64,000 nt of DNA from an uncultured Gemmataceae bacterium (GCA_963750165.1 CAVVPN010000003.1:2112001-2176000); one strand, 5' to 3'. Shown: positions 18,430-30,387, counted from the first letter of the stretch. Translations and numbers: made by a program. The notes: generated by a model from the sequence alone, not told the origin.

Positions 18430-19953
18430 TCACGCCGGCCCGCCTTCAATGGTCGTGGTCAGCCCCTGAGCCATCTTCACTTCCTCCGCGTAGTTAACGG
18501 TCCACGCGGTCTTGTGCGTCACCGTCTCGATCAGTCCCGCCGCGGACGGGTGGCCATTACCACTCTTTTTGACGCCGCCGAACGGCAGATGCACCTCCGC
18601 CCCGATGCACGGCAAATTGACGTAGCCCATGCCGTACTCGCACTCGTCACGGAAATAGCGCATCGTCCGGTAATTGTCCGTGATGACCGCCATCGACAGG
18701 CCATACTCCGTGTCGTTGTAAATCTTGACCGCCTCCTCGTTGCTGCGGAACGGCACCACCGCGACGTGCGGCCCGAACACCTCCTCGCGCAGCACGCGCA
18801 CGCCCGGCCGGTGCTCGACGCGGTAGATGAACGGCGACAGATAGCAGCCCTTCGCGTGGCTGCCGCCGGTCAGGGGGCCGCCCGCCAGCAGCACCGTCGC
18901 CCCTTCCTTCGCGGCCAGTTCGTTGTACTTCAGCACCTTGTTGACGGCGTCGCGGTGGATGACCGGGCCGGTGAAGTTGCCGCCGTCCAGTGGGTCGCCG
19001 ATGCGCAGCCGCCTGGCCGTGGCGACAAATTGCTCGGCGAAGCGGTCGATCAGTTTTTCGTGGACGAGAATGCGGCTCGCGGACACGCAGCGCTGGCCGC
19101 TGGTCTTGAAGGCGCTGATGACGGCGCTGGTCACGGCCAGGTCGAGCCGGGCATCCTCGCAGACGATGACGGCGCTCTTGCTGCCCATCTCGGCGGCGAC
19201 GATGCGGTCGAAAAAGTCCGCGGAAATCTGCTGAATACGGTGGCCGACCTCGTAACTGCCGGTGAACAGTACGACGTTCACCTCCGGGTGGCGCACCAGG
19301 GCCTCGCCGGCCTCGGCGGCACCGTGGACCAGGTTGACGACGCCCGGCGGGAAGCCGGCCTCCTCGAATAACTCCATCATGCGCTGGGCGATGGCCGGCG
19401 TGTCCTCCGAGGGCTTGAACACCGCCGTGTTGCCCTCGACGAGGCTCGGCCCGAGCATCCACAGCGGCACCGCGAACGGGAAATTCCACGGCGTGATGAC
19501 GGCGACGACACCCCACGGCTTGCGGCGCAGGAAGGCGTCCTTGTCCGCAATCTCCGACGCCAGCACCTCGCCCACCGGCTGGCGGCCGGTGCCGAAGACG
19601 TACTGGATCATGTGCAGCCCTTCGACGACCTCCGCCCGGCACTCGGTCAGCACCTTGCCACACTCACGGGCCATCAACTCGGCGAGCGCGTCGGTGTCGC
19701 GCTTGACGAGCTGGGCGAGGTTGTCGAAGAGTTCGGCGCGCTTGATCTTGCTGGTGCGCCGCCAGGCGGGGAACGCGGCCCGCGCCGCGGCAACGGCCTG
19801 CTTCGCCTCCTCGGCGCCTCCGGTCGGGAAGACGCCGACGATCTGGTCATTGTGTGCGGGGTTGAGGCTCTCGAACGATGTGCCGGCCGGCGACAGCCAG
19901 CGGCCGGCGATGTGATGACGGCCCGTGACCGGGGTGGCGGTGGCGCTGCTCAT
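18430..19953 (-). CDS. Aldehyde dehydrogenase
   Basis: ITPWNFP, KPSE, FTGS, AEMGSK, GQRC, EEVFGP, PFGGVKKSGNG. Confidence 0.95.
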   Translation of the reverse strand: MSSATATPVTGRHHIAGRWLSPAGTSFESLNPAHNDQIVGVFPTGGAEEAKQAVAAARAAFPAWRRTSKIKRAELFDNLAQLVKRDTDALAELMARECGKVLTECRAEVVEGLHMIQYVFGTGRQPVGEVLASEIADKDAFLRRKPWGVVAVITPWNFPFAVPLWMLGPSLVEGNTAVFKPSEDTPAIAQRMMELFEEAGFPPGVVNLVHGAAEAGEALVRHPEVNVVLFTGSYEVGHRIQQISADFFDRIVAAEMGSKSAVIVCEDARLDLAVTSAVISAFKTSGQRCVSASRILVHEKLIDRFAEQFVATARRLRIGDPLDGGNFTGPVIHRDAVNKVLKYNELAAKEGATVLLAGGPLTGGSHAKGCYLSPFIYRVEHRPGVRVLREEVFGPHVAVVPFRSNEEAVKIYNDTEYGLSMAVITDNYRTMRYFRDECEYGMGYVNLPCIGAEVHLPFGGVKKSGNGHPSAAGLIETVTHKTAWTVNYAEEVKMAQGLTTTIEGGPA

Positions 19954-20020
19954 AGGTTCGGCTCCTTTCCGGGTCGAGGGTACTCCTTCACCATTATACG
20001 CCGCGCGGCCGCCAGCCCCG

Positions 20021-20677
20021 TCAGCGCCGGCGGGCCAGCAGAATGCCGTCGCCGACCGTCAGCAGGCAGGCGTCCACGCGGGCGTCGTCGCGCACCTTGC
20101 GGTTGATGGCCCGCAGCGCCGCCGTCTCCACGTCCTGCACCGCCGGGTCCGCCACGTCGCCGCCCCAGAGCACGTTGTCCACGGCGATCAGGCCGCCCGG
20201 CCGCACCAGACGCAGGCACGCCTCGTAATAGGCGTCGGTGTTCTCCTTGTCCGCGTCGATGAAGGCGAAATCAAACGTGCCCGCGCCGCCGTCGCGCTCC
20301 AGCGCCACCAGCGTGTCCAGCGCGGGGCCGAACCGCAGGTCAATGCGCTCCGCGACGCCGGCTTCCTGCCAGTAGCGCCGCGCGACGGCGGCCCGCTCTT
20401 CACTGACCTCGCAGGTGACGACCTTGCCGTCCGGCGGCAGCGCCGCGGCCACGGCGAGGGCGCTGTAGCCCGTGAAGGTGCCGATCTCCAGCGTGCGGTG
20501 GGCGCCCAGTAGCCGCATCAGCAGTGCGAAGAACGCCCCCTGGTCGGCGCCGATTTGCATGCGGGCGCCGGGCATGGTCGCGGTTTCGACGCGCAGCCGC
20601 TGCTGCAGCGGCGTCTCCGTGGTGAAGGCACTCACATATTGCTCAATGGCGTCCGGCACGAGAGAACGCTTGCCCAT
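20021..20677 (-). CDS. Class I SAM-dependent O-methyltransferase (caffeoyl-CoA OMT-like)
   Basis: LEIGTFTGYSAL, FDFAFIDADK, GGLIAVDNVLWGG. Confidence 0.92.
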   Translation of the reverse strand: MGKRSLVPDAIEQYVSAFTTETPLQQRLRVETATMPGARMQIGADQGAFFALLMRLLGAHRTLEIGTFTGYSALAVAAALPPDGKVVTCEVSEERAAVARRYWQEAGVAERIDLRFGPALDTLVALERDGGAGTFDFAFIDADKENTDAYYEACLRLVRPGGLIAVDNVLWGGDVADPAVQDVETAALRAINRKVRDDARVDACLLTVGDGILLARRR

Positions 20678-20808
20678 GACGATCAGTACCTCAAGGGGTG
20701 TTGCCGCGAATTCAAAGCCGCCGCGCAGCCGTTTGTACCTTTTGTGCCCGTTCGGGATCAACAGCAGGACTTCACCGGCAGGTTGAGAACCAGGAGGCAT
20801 TTGGAAAA

Positions 20809-20844
20809 AACGGGGAGGGCTGGTGTTCGCCAGACCTCCCCGTT
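20809..20844 (-). terminator. Putative intrinsic terminator after thiL
   Basis: aacggggagg...cctccccgtt hairpin with an adjacent A6 run (U-tract on the minus strand). Confidence 0.6.
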
Positions 20845-20865
20845 CCGGATTCGCGTGTCACCCTG

Positions 20866-21780
20866 TCATTCCATCTCGTGAACGTAGCCCAGGCGCTCCA
20901 GCGGCCGGCGCTGCGGATCCTCGATCCACAAACCACTCTCCGCCACGCATTCGCCGATGTGCGTCAACGGCACGCCCGGCAACGGTTGCTCGTCCAGCAG
21001 CCGCCGACCGTCCGCCGGCGACACCGCGAACAGTAACTCAAAATCCTCGCCGTCGCCCAGCGCGTGCCGTAGCGGCTCCACGCCGTCGTTCATGCGCCGG
21101 GCGTCGTCGCTGACCGGGATGGCCGCCGCCCGCAACACCGCCCCGCAACCGCTCTCGTCGCAGACGTGGCCCAGGTCCGCGGCCAGGCCGTCGCTGAGGT
21201 CGATCAGCGCGTGCAGTTCGGCCAACTCGTGCAGTCGCTGCGCCTCGCGCATGCGCGGCGTGAAATCCAGGTGCTTGCCGCGGAGGCTGCCGCCCAGTGC
21301 CCCGGTCACCAGCAGCCAGTCGCCCGGCCGGGCGCCGCCGCGCGTCACCGGGCCGCGCCCCGTCGCCTCGCCGATCAGCGTCACCGAAATGACCAGCGGC
21401 CCGGTCCAGGTGTTGGTGTCGCCGCCGACCAGCGCCGTGTCGAAAGCGTCCGCCATGTCACGCAGCCCCAGATACAACTCCTCCGCCAGCGCCCGGCCGC
21501 CGTTGCGCGGCAGGCCGACGCTGACGACCGCCGCCACTGGCCGGCCGGCCATCGCGGCGATGTCGCTGAGGTTGACCGCCATCGCCTTGCGGCCGACCCG
21601 CCGCGGCCCCGCCTCCGCCAGCAGGAAACAGCTGCCCTCCAGCAGCATGTCGGTCGTGACCAGGCAGGCGCGGCCAGCCGGCAGCCGCAGCGCCGCCGTG
21701 TCGTCGCCGGGGCCCAGCAGCACACGCGGGTCGGCCGGCGTCCGTTGCCGCAGCCAGTCGATGTAAGCGAATTCACCCAT
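20866..21780 (-). CDS. thiL: Thiamine-monophosphate kinase
   Basis: GPGDDTA, TTDML.EG, AVNLSDIAAM, GGDT, DLSDGL, GEDFELLF. Confidence 0.95.
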   Translation of the reverse strand: MGEFAYIDWLRQRTPADPRVLLGPGDDTAALRLPAGRACLVTTDMLLEGSCFLLAEAGPRRVGRKAMAVNLSDIAAMAGRPVAAVVSVGLPRNGGRALAEELYLGLRDMADAFDTALVGGDTNTWTGPLVISVTLIGEATGRGPVTRGGARPGDWLLVTGALGGSLRGKHLDFTPRMREAQRLHELAELHALIDLSDGLAADLGHVCDESGCGAVLRAAAIPVSDDARRMNDGVEPLRHALGDGEDFELLFAVSPADGRRLLDEQPLPGVPLTHIGECVAESGLWIEDPQRRPLERLGYVHEME

Positions 21781-21787
21781 CGCTACC

Positions 21788-21837
21788 TCCGAGCCCGAGC
21801 GCCAGCGCGGGGCCCCGCGCTGGCGCTCGGGCTCGGA
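21788..21837. repeat. Perfect 50-bp REP-like palindrome, family A
   Basis: tccgagcccgagcgccagcgcgggg|ccccgcgctggcgctcgggctcgga. Confidence 0.92.
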
Positions 21838-23154
21838 CTATTCCTCCGCCTGCCCGTTCGTCGGCTCGTCCAGCGGCCGAATCTCCACCCCCGGCTCCTG
21901 GATGTGCCGCACCAGATGCCGCGGCAGATAGCAGTACAGCGTCACGCGGTTGTCGTGGTACGTCTGCCGATAAATCTCCGCGTGCGCCCCCAGGTACGCC
22001 TGCACCCGACCGTTGGCCGCGTCCATGTCCACCTGCACGTTGGCGAAATCCGCGCTGAGCCGCTCGATCACCGACTCGCAGAGCGTGTCCAGTCCCTGCC
22101 GCGTGGCGGCGCTCACCGCCACCGCCCGCGGGTGCTGAGCCATCAACACATCCAGATACGAGCGATCCTTGATGCGATCAACCTTGTTGAGCACCAGCAG
22201 CGCCGGCTTCTGGTCGCAGCCGAGTTCCTTCAGCACCTGGTTGACCGACCGCACCTGCTCCTCCGCGGCGGGGTTGCTGGCGTCCACCACGTGCAGCAGC
22301 AGTCGGGCCTGCCGCGCCTCCTCCAGCGTCGCCTTGAACGACGCGATCAAATGGTGCGGCAGATCGCGAATGAAGCCGACCGTGTCGCTCAGCAGCACCC
22401 GGCCCCAGTCGCGCAGCCGCCACTGCCGCGTCCGCGTGTCCAGCGTCGAGAACAGCTTGTCCTCGACGTAGACGCCCGCCCCCGTCAGTGCGTTCATGAG
22501 CGTGCTCTTGCCCGCGTTGGTGTAGCCGACCAGCGAAACCGTGTGCTCCTCGCGGCGGCTGTAAACCTCGCGCTGTTTGCGCGCCTGCACCTCGACGAGG
22601 CGGTGCTTCAGGTCGCGGATCCGCGCGTCCACCAGCCGGCGGTCCTCTTCCAGCTGCGTTTCGCCGGGACCGCGCATGCCGATGCCGCCCTCGAAGCGCG
22701 ACAGGTGCGACCACATGCGCCGCAATCGCGGCAAGGCGTACTCCAGCTGGGCCAGCTCGACCTGCACCCGGGCCTCCGCCGAGCGGGCGCGCGTGGCGAA
22801 GATGTCGAGGATGAGTTCGCTGCGATCCAGCACCTTGACGTTGCTGGCTTTTTCCAGGTTGCGGATTTGACCGGGCGACAGGTCGTTGTCGAAGATGACC
22901 ACGTCAGCGTCGGCGGCGCGGACCTGTTCGGTCAGTTCCTCCACCTTGCCCTTGCCGATGTACGTGGCCGGGACAATGCCCTGGCGCTTCTGCAACAGTT
23001 CGCCGACCACCACAGCCCCGGCGGTGGTCGCCAGGCCGCGCAGTTCGTCGAGCGGATCCTCGCCCACCCAGGGCCGATCCGGCAGCGCGACGCTGACCAG
23101 GAACGCGCGCTCCAGGTGAACGCTCAATTCTTCGCGAGTGATGTCGAGTGACAC
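21838..23154 (-). CDS. hflX: Ribosome-splitting GTPase HflX
   Basis: LILDIFA.RA, RGPGETQLE.DRR, VGYTNAGKSTL, DTVGFIRDLPH, NKVD. Confidence 0.97.
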   Translation of the reverse strand: MSLDITREELSVHLERAFLVSVALPDRPWVGEDPLDELRGLATTAGAVVVGELLQKRQGIVPATYIGKGKVEELTEQVRAADADVVIFDNDLSPGQIRNLEKASNVKVLDRSELILDIFATRARSAEARVQVELAQLEYALPRLRRMWSHLSRFEGGIGMRGPGETQLEEDRRLVDARIRDLKHRLVEVQARKQREVYSRREEHTVSLVGYTNAGKSTLMNALTGAGVYVEDKLFSTLDTRTRQWRLRDWGRVLLSDTVGFIRDLPHHLIASFKATLEEARQARLLLHVVDASNPAAEEQVRSVNQVLKELGCDQKPALLVLNKVDRIKDRSYLDVLMAQHPRAVAVSAATRQGLDTLCESVIERLSADFANVQVDMDAANGRVQAYLGAHAEIYRQTYHDNRVTLYCYLPRHLVRHIQEPGVEIRPLDEPTNGQAEE

Positions 23155-23515
23155 TGCGGTTGTGATCCTCCCAATTGGTGACTCCCCCTATTGTACACCC
23201 CCGTAAAAAGCCGGGCGAGAGATTCGCCCAAATGGGTTGCCTGTGCGGGCGGGCGCGGTCTGGCGCCTGAATTTCCCGCCGCGCTTTCTCGACGGCAGGA
23301 ATCGGCCTTCCCAGACTTTTGGATTTTGCGGCTTTCTCCGCCCGCTTTTCCGTTGACAGCGGTCGCGATCCGTGGTTGACTGATGATTAACCATTTTTCA
23401 TCAAGCGGCAGTTGCTGGGGCGGATCGGCTGGGGTTTTGGATCAGGCGTCCGGGCTTGCCGGAAGCACTGCAGACACCTCTCACTGACCCCGGATCGGGA
23501 AAGGCGAACCTCGCC

Positions 23516-23953
23516 ATGGATCGAACTGGTTGGAAGGTGACCGGATTTCTGCTGGCCTGTTTTGGAATTGCAGGGTGTGGCGGGGAGCCGCAGTCGAAGG
23601 ACATCCCCGGGTCGTATCAGAACCTGAAGAGCATCAGCGCCGCGTACCTGGAAGCGACGAAATCCCTGGATCGGCCGCCGAAAGACCTTGACGAGTTGAT
23701 GCCCTATCTGAAAAAACAGGGGGATCCCGAAACGCTGCTGCGTTCCCCCAACGACGGCGAAAACTACCAGATTTTGTGGGGGGTGGACTACCGTTCGCCC
23801 CCGCAACAGCGCGGGACTTATCCGGTCCTGGCCTACGAACAGCGGGGCAAGAACGGCAAACGCTATGTGTTGCAGATCCGCAACGTTACACAAATGTCGG
23901 ACGAGGAGTTCAAAAATGCACCCTTTCCGCCGGGGTACAAGGCCCCGGAGTGA
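23516..23953 (+). CDS. Hypothetical lipoprotein
   Basis: Lipobox-like IAGC; SPNDG..Y.I.WG and VLAYE motifs; directly upstream of a DUF1559 gene. Confidence 0.75.
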   Translation: MDRTGWKVTGFLLACFGIAGCGGEPQSKDIPGSYQNLKSISAAYLEATKSLDRPPKDLDELMPYLKKQGDPETLLRSPNDGENYQILWGVDYRSPPQQRGTYPVLAYEQRGKNGKRYVLQIRNVTQMSDEEFKNAPFPPGYKAPE

Positions 23954-24002
23954 TTGGGGACGTGGTTATTTTCCTTTCTTTTCACCTGCGGATGGATTTC
24001 CC

Positions 24003-24938
<936 letters not shown>

Positions 24939-24945
24939 CGGCTCC

Positions 24946-24999
24946 CCGGCTGCTCTCCGTGGGGCAGGCTGGAAAGCCTGCCCCACGGAGAGCAGCCGG
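24946..24999. repeat. REP-like hairpin
   Basis: ccggctgctctccgtggggcaggct...agcctgccccacggagagcagccgg. Confidence 0.85.
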
Positions 25000-25216
25000 T
25001 GCTCCTGCCCATCTCCGAAAAGGTGGAACCACCGCCCCGTTCGCCTCCTGTCTGCTCCCTCCCGGGTCTTTCTCCCGCGCCTGTCCTTGAGAACTGGCCT
25101 GCGCCGGGTCGATGAACCTTTCGACCCACACCGCAGTCCTGTTTCGATCCACCCCAATTGGAAACGACCTTGTGCGCGCAAGGTCGTTCCGCGCCGCGAG
25201 AAAGGAACGCTAGCGC

Positions 25217-26600
25217 ATGGAGAGCCCCCCCCTGTCCCCTTCCCGACCGCCGGCCCGCCGCATCTGCCGCCTGGCTCTATTCCTGGCTGCGACCGCGGCG
25301 CTGGCGAGCGGCCGGCCCGCCTCCGCCCAGCTGCCCCTGGCCGGCCCCGAACCGCCGATGTCCCAGCTGCCTGTCGCCAGCCCCGGCACCCCCGCCACGA
25401 TGCCAGCCGCCACGACGCCCACCACCGTGCTTGGCCTGCACGAGTGCCTGCAACTGGCCCTGCAACGGCAGCCGCGCATCGCCGCCGCCCGCGCCAGCCT
25501 GGCCGCCGCCCAGGACGGCAGCCGCGCCCTGGAGAACCTCAACGCCCCGACGCTGCTGGTGCCGGACCTGCCCATCCGCCGCCGCCAGGCCGCCCTCGGC
25601 GTCACCGCCGCTACTGCCGGTCTCGACCAGGCCGAGCGCGAAACCGTCTACGCTGTCACCCGCACTTACTTCACGGTCCTGTACGCCCGTGAGCAGGAGC
25701 GCGTTGCGCGCGGCATCGTGGACCGCCTGACCGCCACCCGCGACGCCGCCCAGAAGCAGCTTGAGGGCGGCGCCCGCAACATCGCCGAGCCCGACGTGCA
25801 GCGCGCCAGCGTCTACGTCCGCCTCGCCGAGGCCAAGCGCCTCCAGGCGAGCCACGGCGTCAAGCGCGCCGAGGCGGCGCTCAAGGAGGCCATCGGCCTG
25901 GGACCGCAGGGCTGCTTCGAGGTGGCCCCCGGCCGCTTGCCCGAGGTGGATGTGCGGCCGTGCCTGGCGGACGTGGCCAACGCTGCCCTGTCCCGGCGGG
26001 CCGAGTTGGTCCGGGCCGGCGTCTTCGCCGACGTGACCTGCCTGGAGGCCGAGGCCCAGTCCACCAACATCCACCGCAAGATGGAGACGTTCGCGGCCGG
26101 CTCGGACATCCACGCCGTGGTGGTGCCGCAGGGCGTGCAGAACTCCGAGTTCCGCCCCGGTGCGCTGCCGCCGGAGATGCCGACGCTGCTGGTCGGCAAT
26201 CGCCCCGACCGCGTGCAGCGCGCCCGTGATTTCCACGCCCGGGCGCTGGCGGTGTCCGAGATGGCCCGCAACCTGGTGACGCTGGAGGCCGAGGACGCCT
26301 TCTTCCGCTGGGAAGAAGCGTCGGTCCAGATTCCCGAAGCGAAGGTGGCCGCGGACACCGGCGACAAGTTGGCTGAAGGCCTGAGCAAGGACTTCGCGGC
26401 CGGGGCCAAGGTCAAGGTGGAGGAGGTGGTCAGTGCCGCGCGTGCTGGCGGCGCAGGCGCGGGCGTCGTACAACGAGTATCTGTATCATCAGATCCTGGC
26501 CCTGGCCGACCTGGAGCGGATCACCGCGGGCGTCTTCTGCGCCCGGCTCGCCGAGGCCGCGACGCAGCCGGCCCCCGCGAAGGACGGCGAGGCGAAGTAA
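25217..26600 (+). CDS. TolC-family outer membrane factor-like protein (frameshift near 26437)
   Basis: Signal peptide, LHECLQLAL..QP.I, AVTRTYF.VL, ALSRRAEL; alternate frame continues RVLAAQARASYNEYLY...LADLERITAG to TAA at 26600. Confidence 0.75.
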
Positions 26601-26832
26601 GCGTCCTCTTCGTTCTGCCGCTGGCGGTTCTGGTCTCTGGTCGGAGCCCAGAACCGCCAGCGGCAGATAATCCAGGCCCCGGCCAGCGCCGCCGACTTTC
26701 ACTATTCCCATCCTTTGGCTTTCTATTTGCATTTGTTCTCCCCAACGGAACCGCCGTGCTCCGGGCCGGTCTCTCTCGGGAGGCCCGCGCCGGCGCGGCA
26801 CCATAACCCACGTGCGCGTGGAAGGAGTAAAC

Positions 26833-27747
26833 ATGATTTTGCCGAAGACCCCGCCCCAGCGGCTTCGTCGTGTGTTCATCGTGGTGTCCGGCGCCCTGGC
26901 GGCGCTGCTGATCCTCGCGACCGCGGACGGCCACGGCCAGCAGAAAATGGACGTGCTCCGCATCGGCACCAGCGGCAACTTTTCCTCCGAGAAGTCGTCC
27001 AAAAAGGAGAAGGGGGCCCTGGGAACCTTGAAGGATTTCATCAAGGAGGAGACGGGCCTCACCAACGAGATTATCGACGAGAAGGACTGGCAGACGCTGG
27101 CGGAGAAGATGGCCAAGGGCAAGCTGGAACTGGGCGCCTTCCAGGGCTATGAGTTCGCCTGGGCGCAGGCGAAGTATCCGAACCTTAAGCCGCTGGCCCT
27201 GACGGTCAACGTCCACGTCTACCCGGTCGGTTACGTCGTGACCCAGAAGACGAACCCGGCCAAAACCTTTGCGAACCTCAAGGGCAAAACCTTCTCCATC
27301 CCGGCCCCGAGCCCGCGCTTCCTGCGCCTGTTCGTGGAGAAGCAGGCCGGCATGAAGGCGGAGGCGTTCTTTTCCAAGGTAACGCTGCCGGAGAACATCG
27401 AGGACGCCCTGGACGACGTGGTGGACGGTGACGTGACCGCGACGGTGGTGGACCAGGCGGCGCTGGAGGCGTTCAAGCGCCGCAAGCCGGCTCGCTTCAA
27501 AAAGCTGAAGGAGGTCGCCAAATCGCAGCCGTTCCCGCCGCCGCTGGTGGCCTACTACGGCAACCACCTGGACGAATCCACGCGCGACCGCTTCCGGGTG
27601 GGGCTGCTGAACGCCAACCGCCAGGAAAAGGGGCAAATGATGCTGACCCTGTTCCACCTGACCGGTTTCGCGGTGCCGCCGCAGGACTTCGCCAAGGTGC
27701 TGGCCGCGATGCGGAAGAACTATCCTCCCAACAGCAAGGCGAAATAA
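26833..27747 (+). CDS. PhnD/SsuA-type periplasmic substrate-binding protein
   Basis: AAGGAG upstream, signal peptide, DWQTLAEKM..GKL, NLKGKTF, ALDDVVDGDV.A.VVD, SQPFP. Confidence 0.8.
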   Translation: MILPKTPPQRLRRVFIVVSGALAALLILATADGHGQQKMDVLRIGTSGNFSSEKSSKKEKGALGTLKDFIKEETGLTNEIIDEKDWQTLAEKMAKGKLELGAFQGYEFAWAQAKYPNLKPLALTVNVHVYPVGYVVTQKTNPAKTFANLKGKTFSIPAPSPRFLRLFVEKQAGMKAEAFFSKVTLPENIEDALDDVVDGDVTATVVDQAALEAFKRRKPARFKKLKEVAKSQPFPPPLVAYYGNHLDESTRDRFRVGLLNANRQEKGQMMLTLFHLTGFAVPPQDFAKVLAAMRKNYPPNSKAK

Positions 27748-27889
27748 CGACCCACGTTCCCCAGGTGCGTAGGGATGTGCGCCGCGGGGGCCAGGCAGTC
27801 CCCCGGAAACAGGAATGCATCAGACCCGCCCCGGCCGCGTCGTATGATCGGGGACCGGGGCGGGCGGGCCGTTAACCACCTGATGAACC

Positions 27890-30373
27890 ATGATCTTTCG
27901 CTTCCTCGGCCAGACCGTGCGCCGGGCGTGGCCGCTGTTGCTGGCAGTGTGGGCCGCTCTCCTCGTTTACGCCTGGTTCGCTGCGCCGCCCTGGGATGAA
28001 TTCGCCCAGGACAAGGAATTCTCTTTCCTCCCGGAAGACTCCCCCAGCCGCCGCGCCGCCGGGGTCTACGCTGAGGCTTTCCCGGAGAACAAGGCCGCCA
28101 GCAACATCGTCCTGGTGCTGTACCGCCAGAACCGCGTCGACGACACCTTCGACCGCGACCGGACGTTCATCAAGGACGTGCTGGAGCCGGCCCTGCGCGA
28201 GATCGCCGAGGCCCAGGGCGGTTTGGCCAAATACCCGACTCCGGCCGCCACGGAGGTGGGCGTCAACCCCTTCGCCGAGCCGCCGCCCACGCAGGCGAAG
28301 GCGAAAGCACCGTCGATCATCTGGGACATCCACACGCCCAACGCTCGCGCCATCGGCCCGCTGCTCATCAGCCCGGACGGCAAGGTCATGCTGGTCCTGA
28401 TGGAGTTGACCACGGAGTTTTTGGCCAGGGCCAACTGGGAGGTCATCGAGCAGGTTCAGAACAAGGTGGCAGAGCTGAAACGCCAGGGCCAACTGCCGCC
28501 GGGCCTGGACATCACCGTCACGGGCAGCGCCGTCATCGGCCGCGACCACACGCTGGCCGAGCTGGACAGCGTCCGGGCCACGGAAATGCTGACGGTGCTC
28601 ATGGTAGTCGGTCTGCTGATCGTCATCTACCGGGCGCCGCTGCTGGCGATCATCCCACTGGCGACGGTGGTGCTGGTGGTGCAACTGTCGCTGTGCCTGC
28701 TGGCGATGCTGGCGCGGGCGGGCCTCATCACGCTCTTCCAGGGTCTTCAGATTTACATCATCATCCTGGCCTACGGGGCGGGCGTCGATTATTGCCTGTT
28801 CCTGACGGCGCGCTACAAGGAGGAACTGAACACCGGCAAGTCGCCAGGCGCGGCGGTGGAGGTGGCGGTCGGCAGCACGGGAGCGGCACTGGTGGCCAGT
28901 GCCGCGACGGTGGCGGGTGGCATCGCCATGATGCTGTTCGCGGAGTTCGGCAAGTTCCGTCAGGCGGGCCTGGCCATCCCGCTCAGCCTGGCACTGGTGC
29001 TGATCGCGACGCTGACGTTCAGCCCGTCGCTGCTGCGGCTGGCCGGCCGCTGGGCGTTCTGGCCGCGGCACGTCGGCCCGGCCGCCGCGGATCCCGCGGC
29101 GGAGGCCCCCGAGCAGCCGAGCCTGTTGCAGTCGATGTGGGACCACGTGGGCCATCTGCTGCTGCGCCGGCCGGGGTGGGCGTGGGGGGTGACGGTGGCG
29201 TGCATGGCGCCGCTGGCGGTGGTGGCGTTCCTGTTCTACAACCGCCTGAGTTACGATGTCATTGGCGACCTGCCGGCGGACGCATCGAGCGTTGTGGGCA
29301 CGCGCGTGCTGCAGAAGCACTTCCCGGCGGGCATCATCGGCGAGGTCACGGTGTTGCTGGTCCAGCCGAACGTGGATTTCGGCACGCCCGCGGGCCGCGC
29401 CGTGGTGACCAGGGTGACCGACCACCTCCGCCGCGATAGGGACGAGTTGGGGTTGGCCGACATCCGCACGCTGACAGTGCCGCTGGGCATCACGCAGCGG
29501 GCGAAGAACCCGCTGGACGACCCGGAGCTCAGCCCGGAGGGGCGGGAGCGGATCAGCCGTGAGTTTCTGGACCACTACGCCGGCACGCAGGACGCCCATC
29601 GGCGGCGGACGGTGACGCGGCTGGACCTGACGCTGAACCAGAGCCCGTTCTCGCGCTGGGCCGCGGAGGATCTGGACCGCATCGGCCAGGACGTGCGCAA
29701 CGCCTTGCCCGAAAAGTTGCAATCGGGCGCTCAGGTGTACTTCTTCGGCACGACGGCGAGCGTGCGCGACCTGGCGGCGGTGACGAAGCGCGACCGCGTG
29801 CGCATCGAGTTGCTGGTGCTGGGCTGTGTGTTCCTGATCCTGGTGCTGCTGCTGCGGCGAGTGGTGGTGCCGGTGTACCTGCTGTTAAGCGTGCTGTTCA
29901 GCTACTACGTGACGCTGGGCACGACCTTCGCGGTGTTCTGGCTGCTGGATCCGAGCGGGTTCACCGGCATCGACTGGAAGGTGGCGATCTTCCTGTTCAC
30001 GATCCTGATCGCGGTGGGCGAGGACTACAACATCTTCCTGCTGTCGCGGGTCCACGAGGAGGAGCGGCGGTTCGGGCCGCGCCGCGGCGTGACGGAGGCG
30101 CTGACGCGAACCGGGCCGATCATTTCGAGTTGCGGCATCATCATGGCGGGCACGTTCGGTTCGCTGCTGGCGGGGTCGCTGGCGGAGATGAAGCAGCTCG
30201 GTTTCGCGCTGGCGTTCGGCGTGTTGCTGGACACGTTCGTGGTGCGGCCGATCCTGGTGCCGGCGTTCCTGCTGTTGCTGGCCGGCCGTCGGCAGACGCT
30301 GGTGGGCAAGAAGGAGGAGCCGCCCGCGGAGATGCCGGCGGCAGCGCCGCCAACGGCCGGGGCATCGTCGTGA
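27890..30373 (+). CDS. MMPL-family transporter (RND superfamily)
   Basis: GAGVDYCLFLTARYKEE and AVGEDYNIFLLSRVHEE Asp-Tyr pairs, TGPIISSCGIIMAGTF, LLDTFVVRPILVPA. Confidence 0.93.
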   Translation: MIFRFLGQTVRRAWPLLLAVWAALLVYAWFAAPPWDEFAQDKEFSFLPEDSPSRRAAGVYAEAFPENKAASNIVLVLYRQNRVDDTFDRDRTFIKDVLEPALREIAEAQGGLAKYPTPAATEVGVNPFAEPPPTQAKAKAPSIIWDIHTPNARAIGPLLISPDGKVMLVLMELTTEFLARANWEVIEQVQNKVAELKRQGQLPPGLDITVTGSAVIGRDHTLAELDSVRATEMLTVLMVVGLLIVIYRAPLLAIIPLATVVLVVQLSLCLLAMLARAGLITLFQGLQIYIIILAYGAGVDYCLFLTARYKEELNTGKSPGAAVEVAVGSTGAALVASAATVAGGIAMMLFAEFGKFRQAGLAIPLSLALVLIATLTFSPSLLRLAGRWAFWPRHVGPAAADPAAEAPEQPSLLQSMWDHVGHLLLRRPGWAWGVTVACMAPLAVVAFLFYNRLSYDVIGDLPADASSVVGTRVLQKHFPAGIIGEVTVLLVQPNVDFGTPAGRAVVTRVTDHLRRDRDELGLADIRTLTVPLGITQRAKNPLDDPELSPEGRERISREFLDHYAGTQDAHRRRTVTRLDLTLNQSPFSRWAAEDLDRIGQDVRNALPEKLQSGAQVYFFGTTASVRDLAAVTKRDRVRIELLVLGCVFLILVLLLRRVVVPVYLLLSVLFSYYVTLGTTFAVFWLLDPSGFTGIDWKVAIFLFTILIAVGEDYNIFLLSRVHEEERRFGPRRGVTEALTRTGPIISSCGIIMAGTFGSLLAGSLAEMKQLGFALAFGVLLDTFVVRPILVPAFLLLLAGRRQTLVGKKEEPPAEMPAAAPPTAGASS

Positions 30374-30387
30374 TGCATCCGGTTCCT

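Noticed and set aside
21166..23151. 661-aa plus-strand ORF
   Set aside because: Antisense shadow of thiL and hflX
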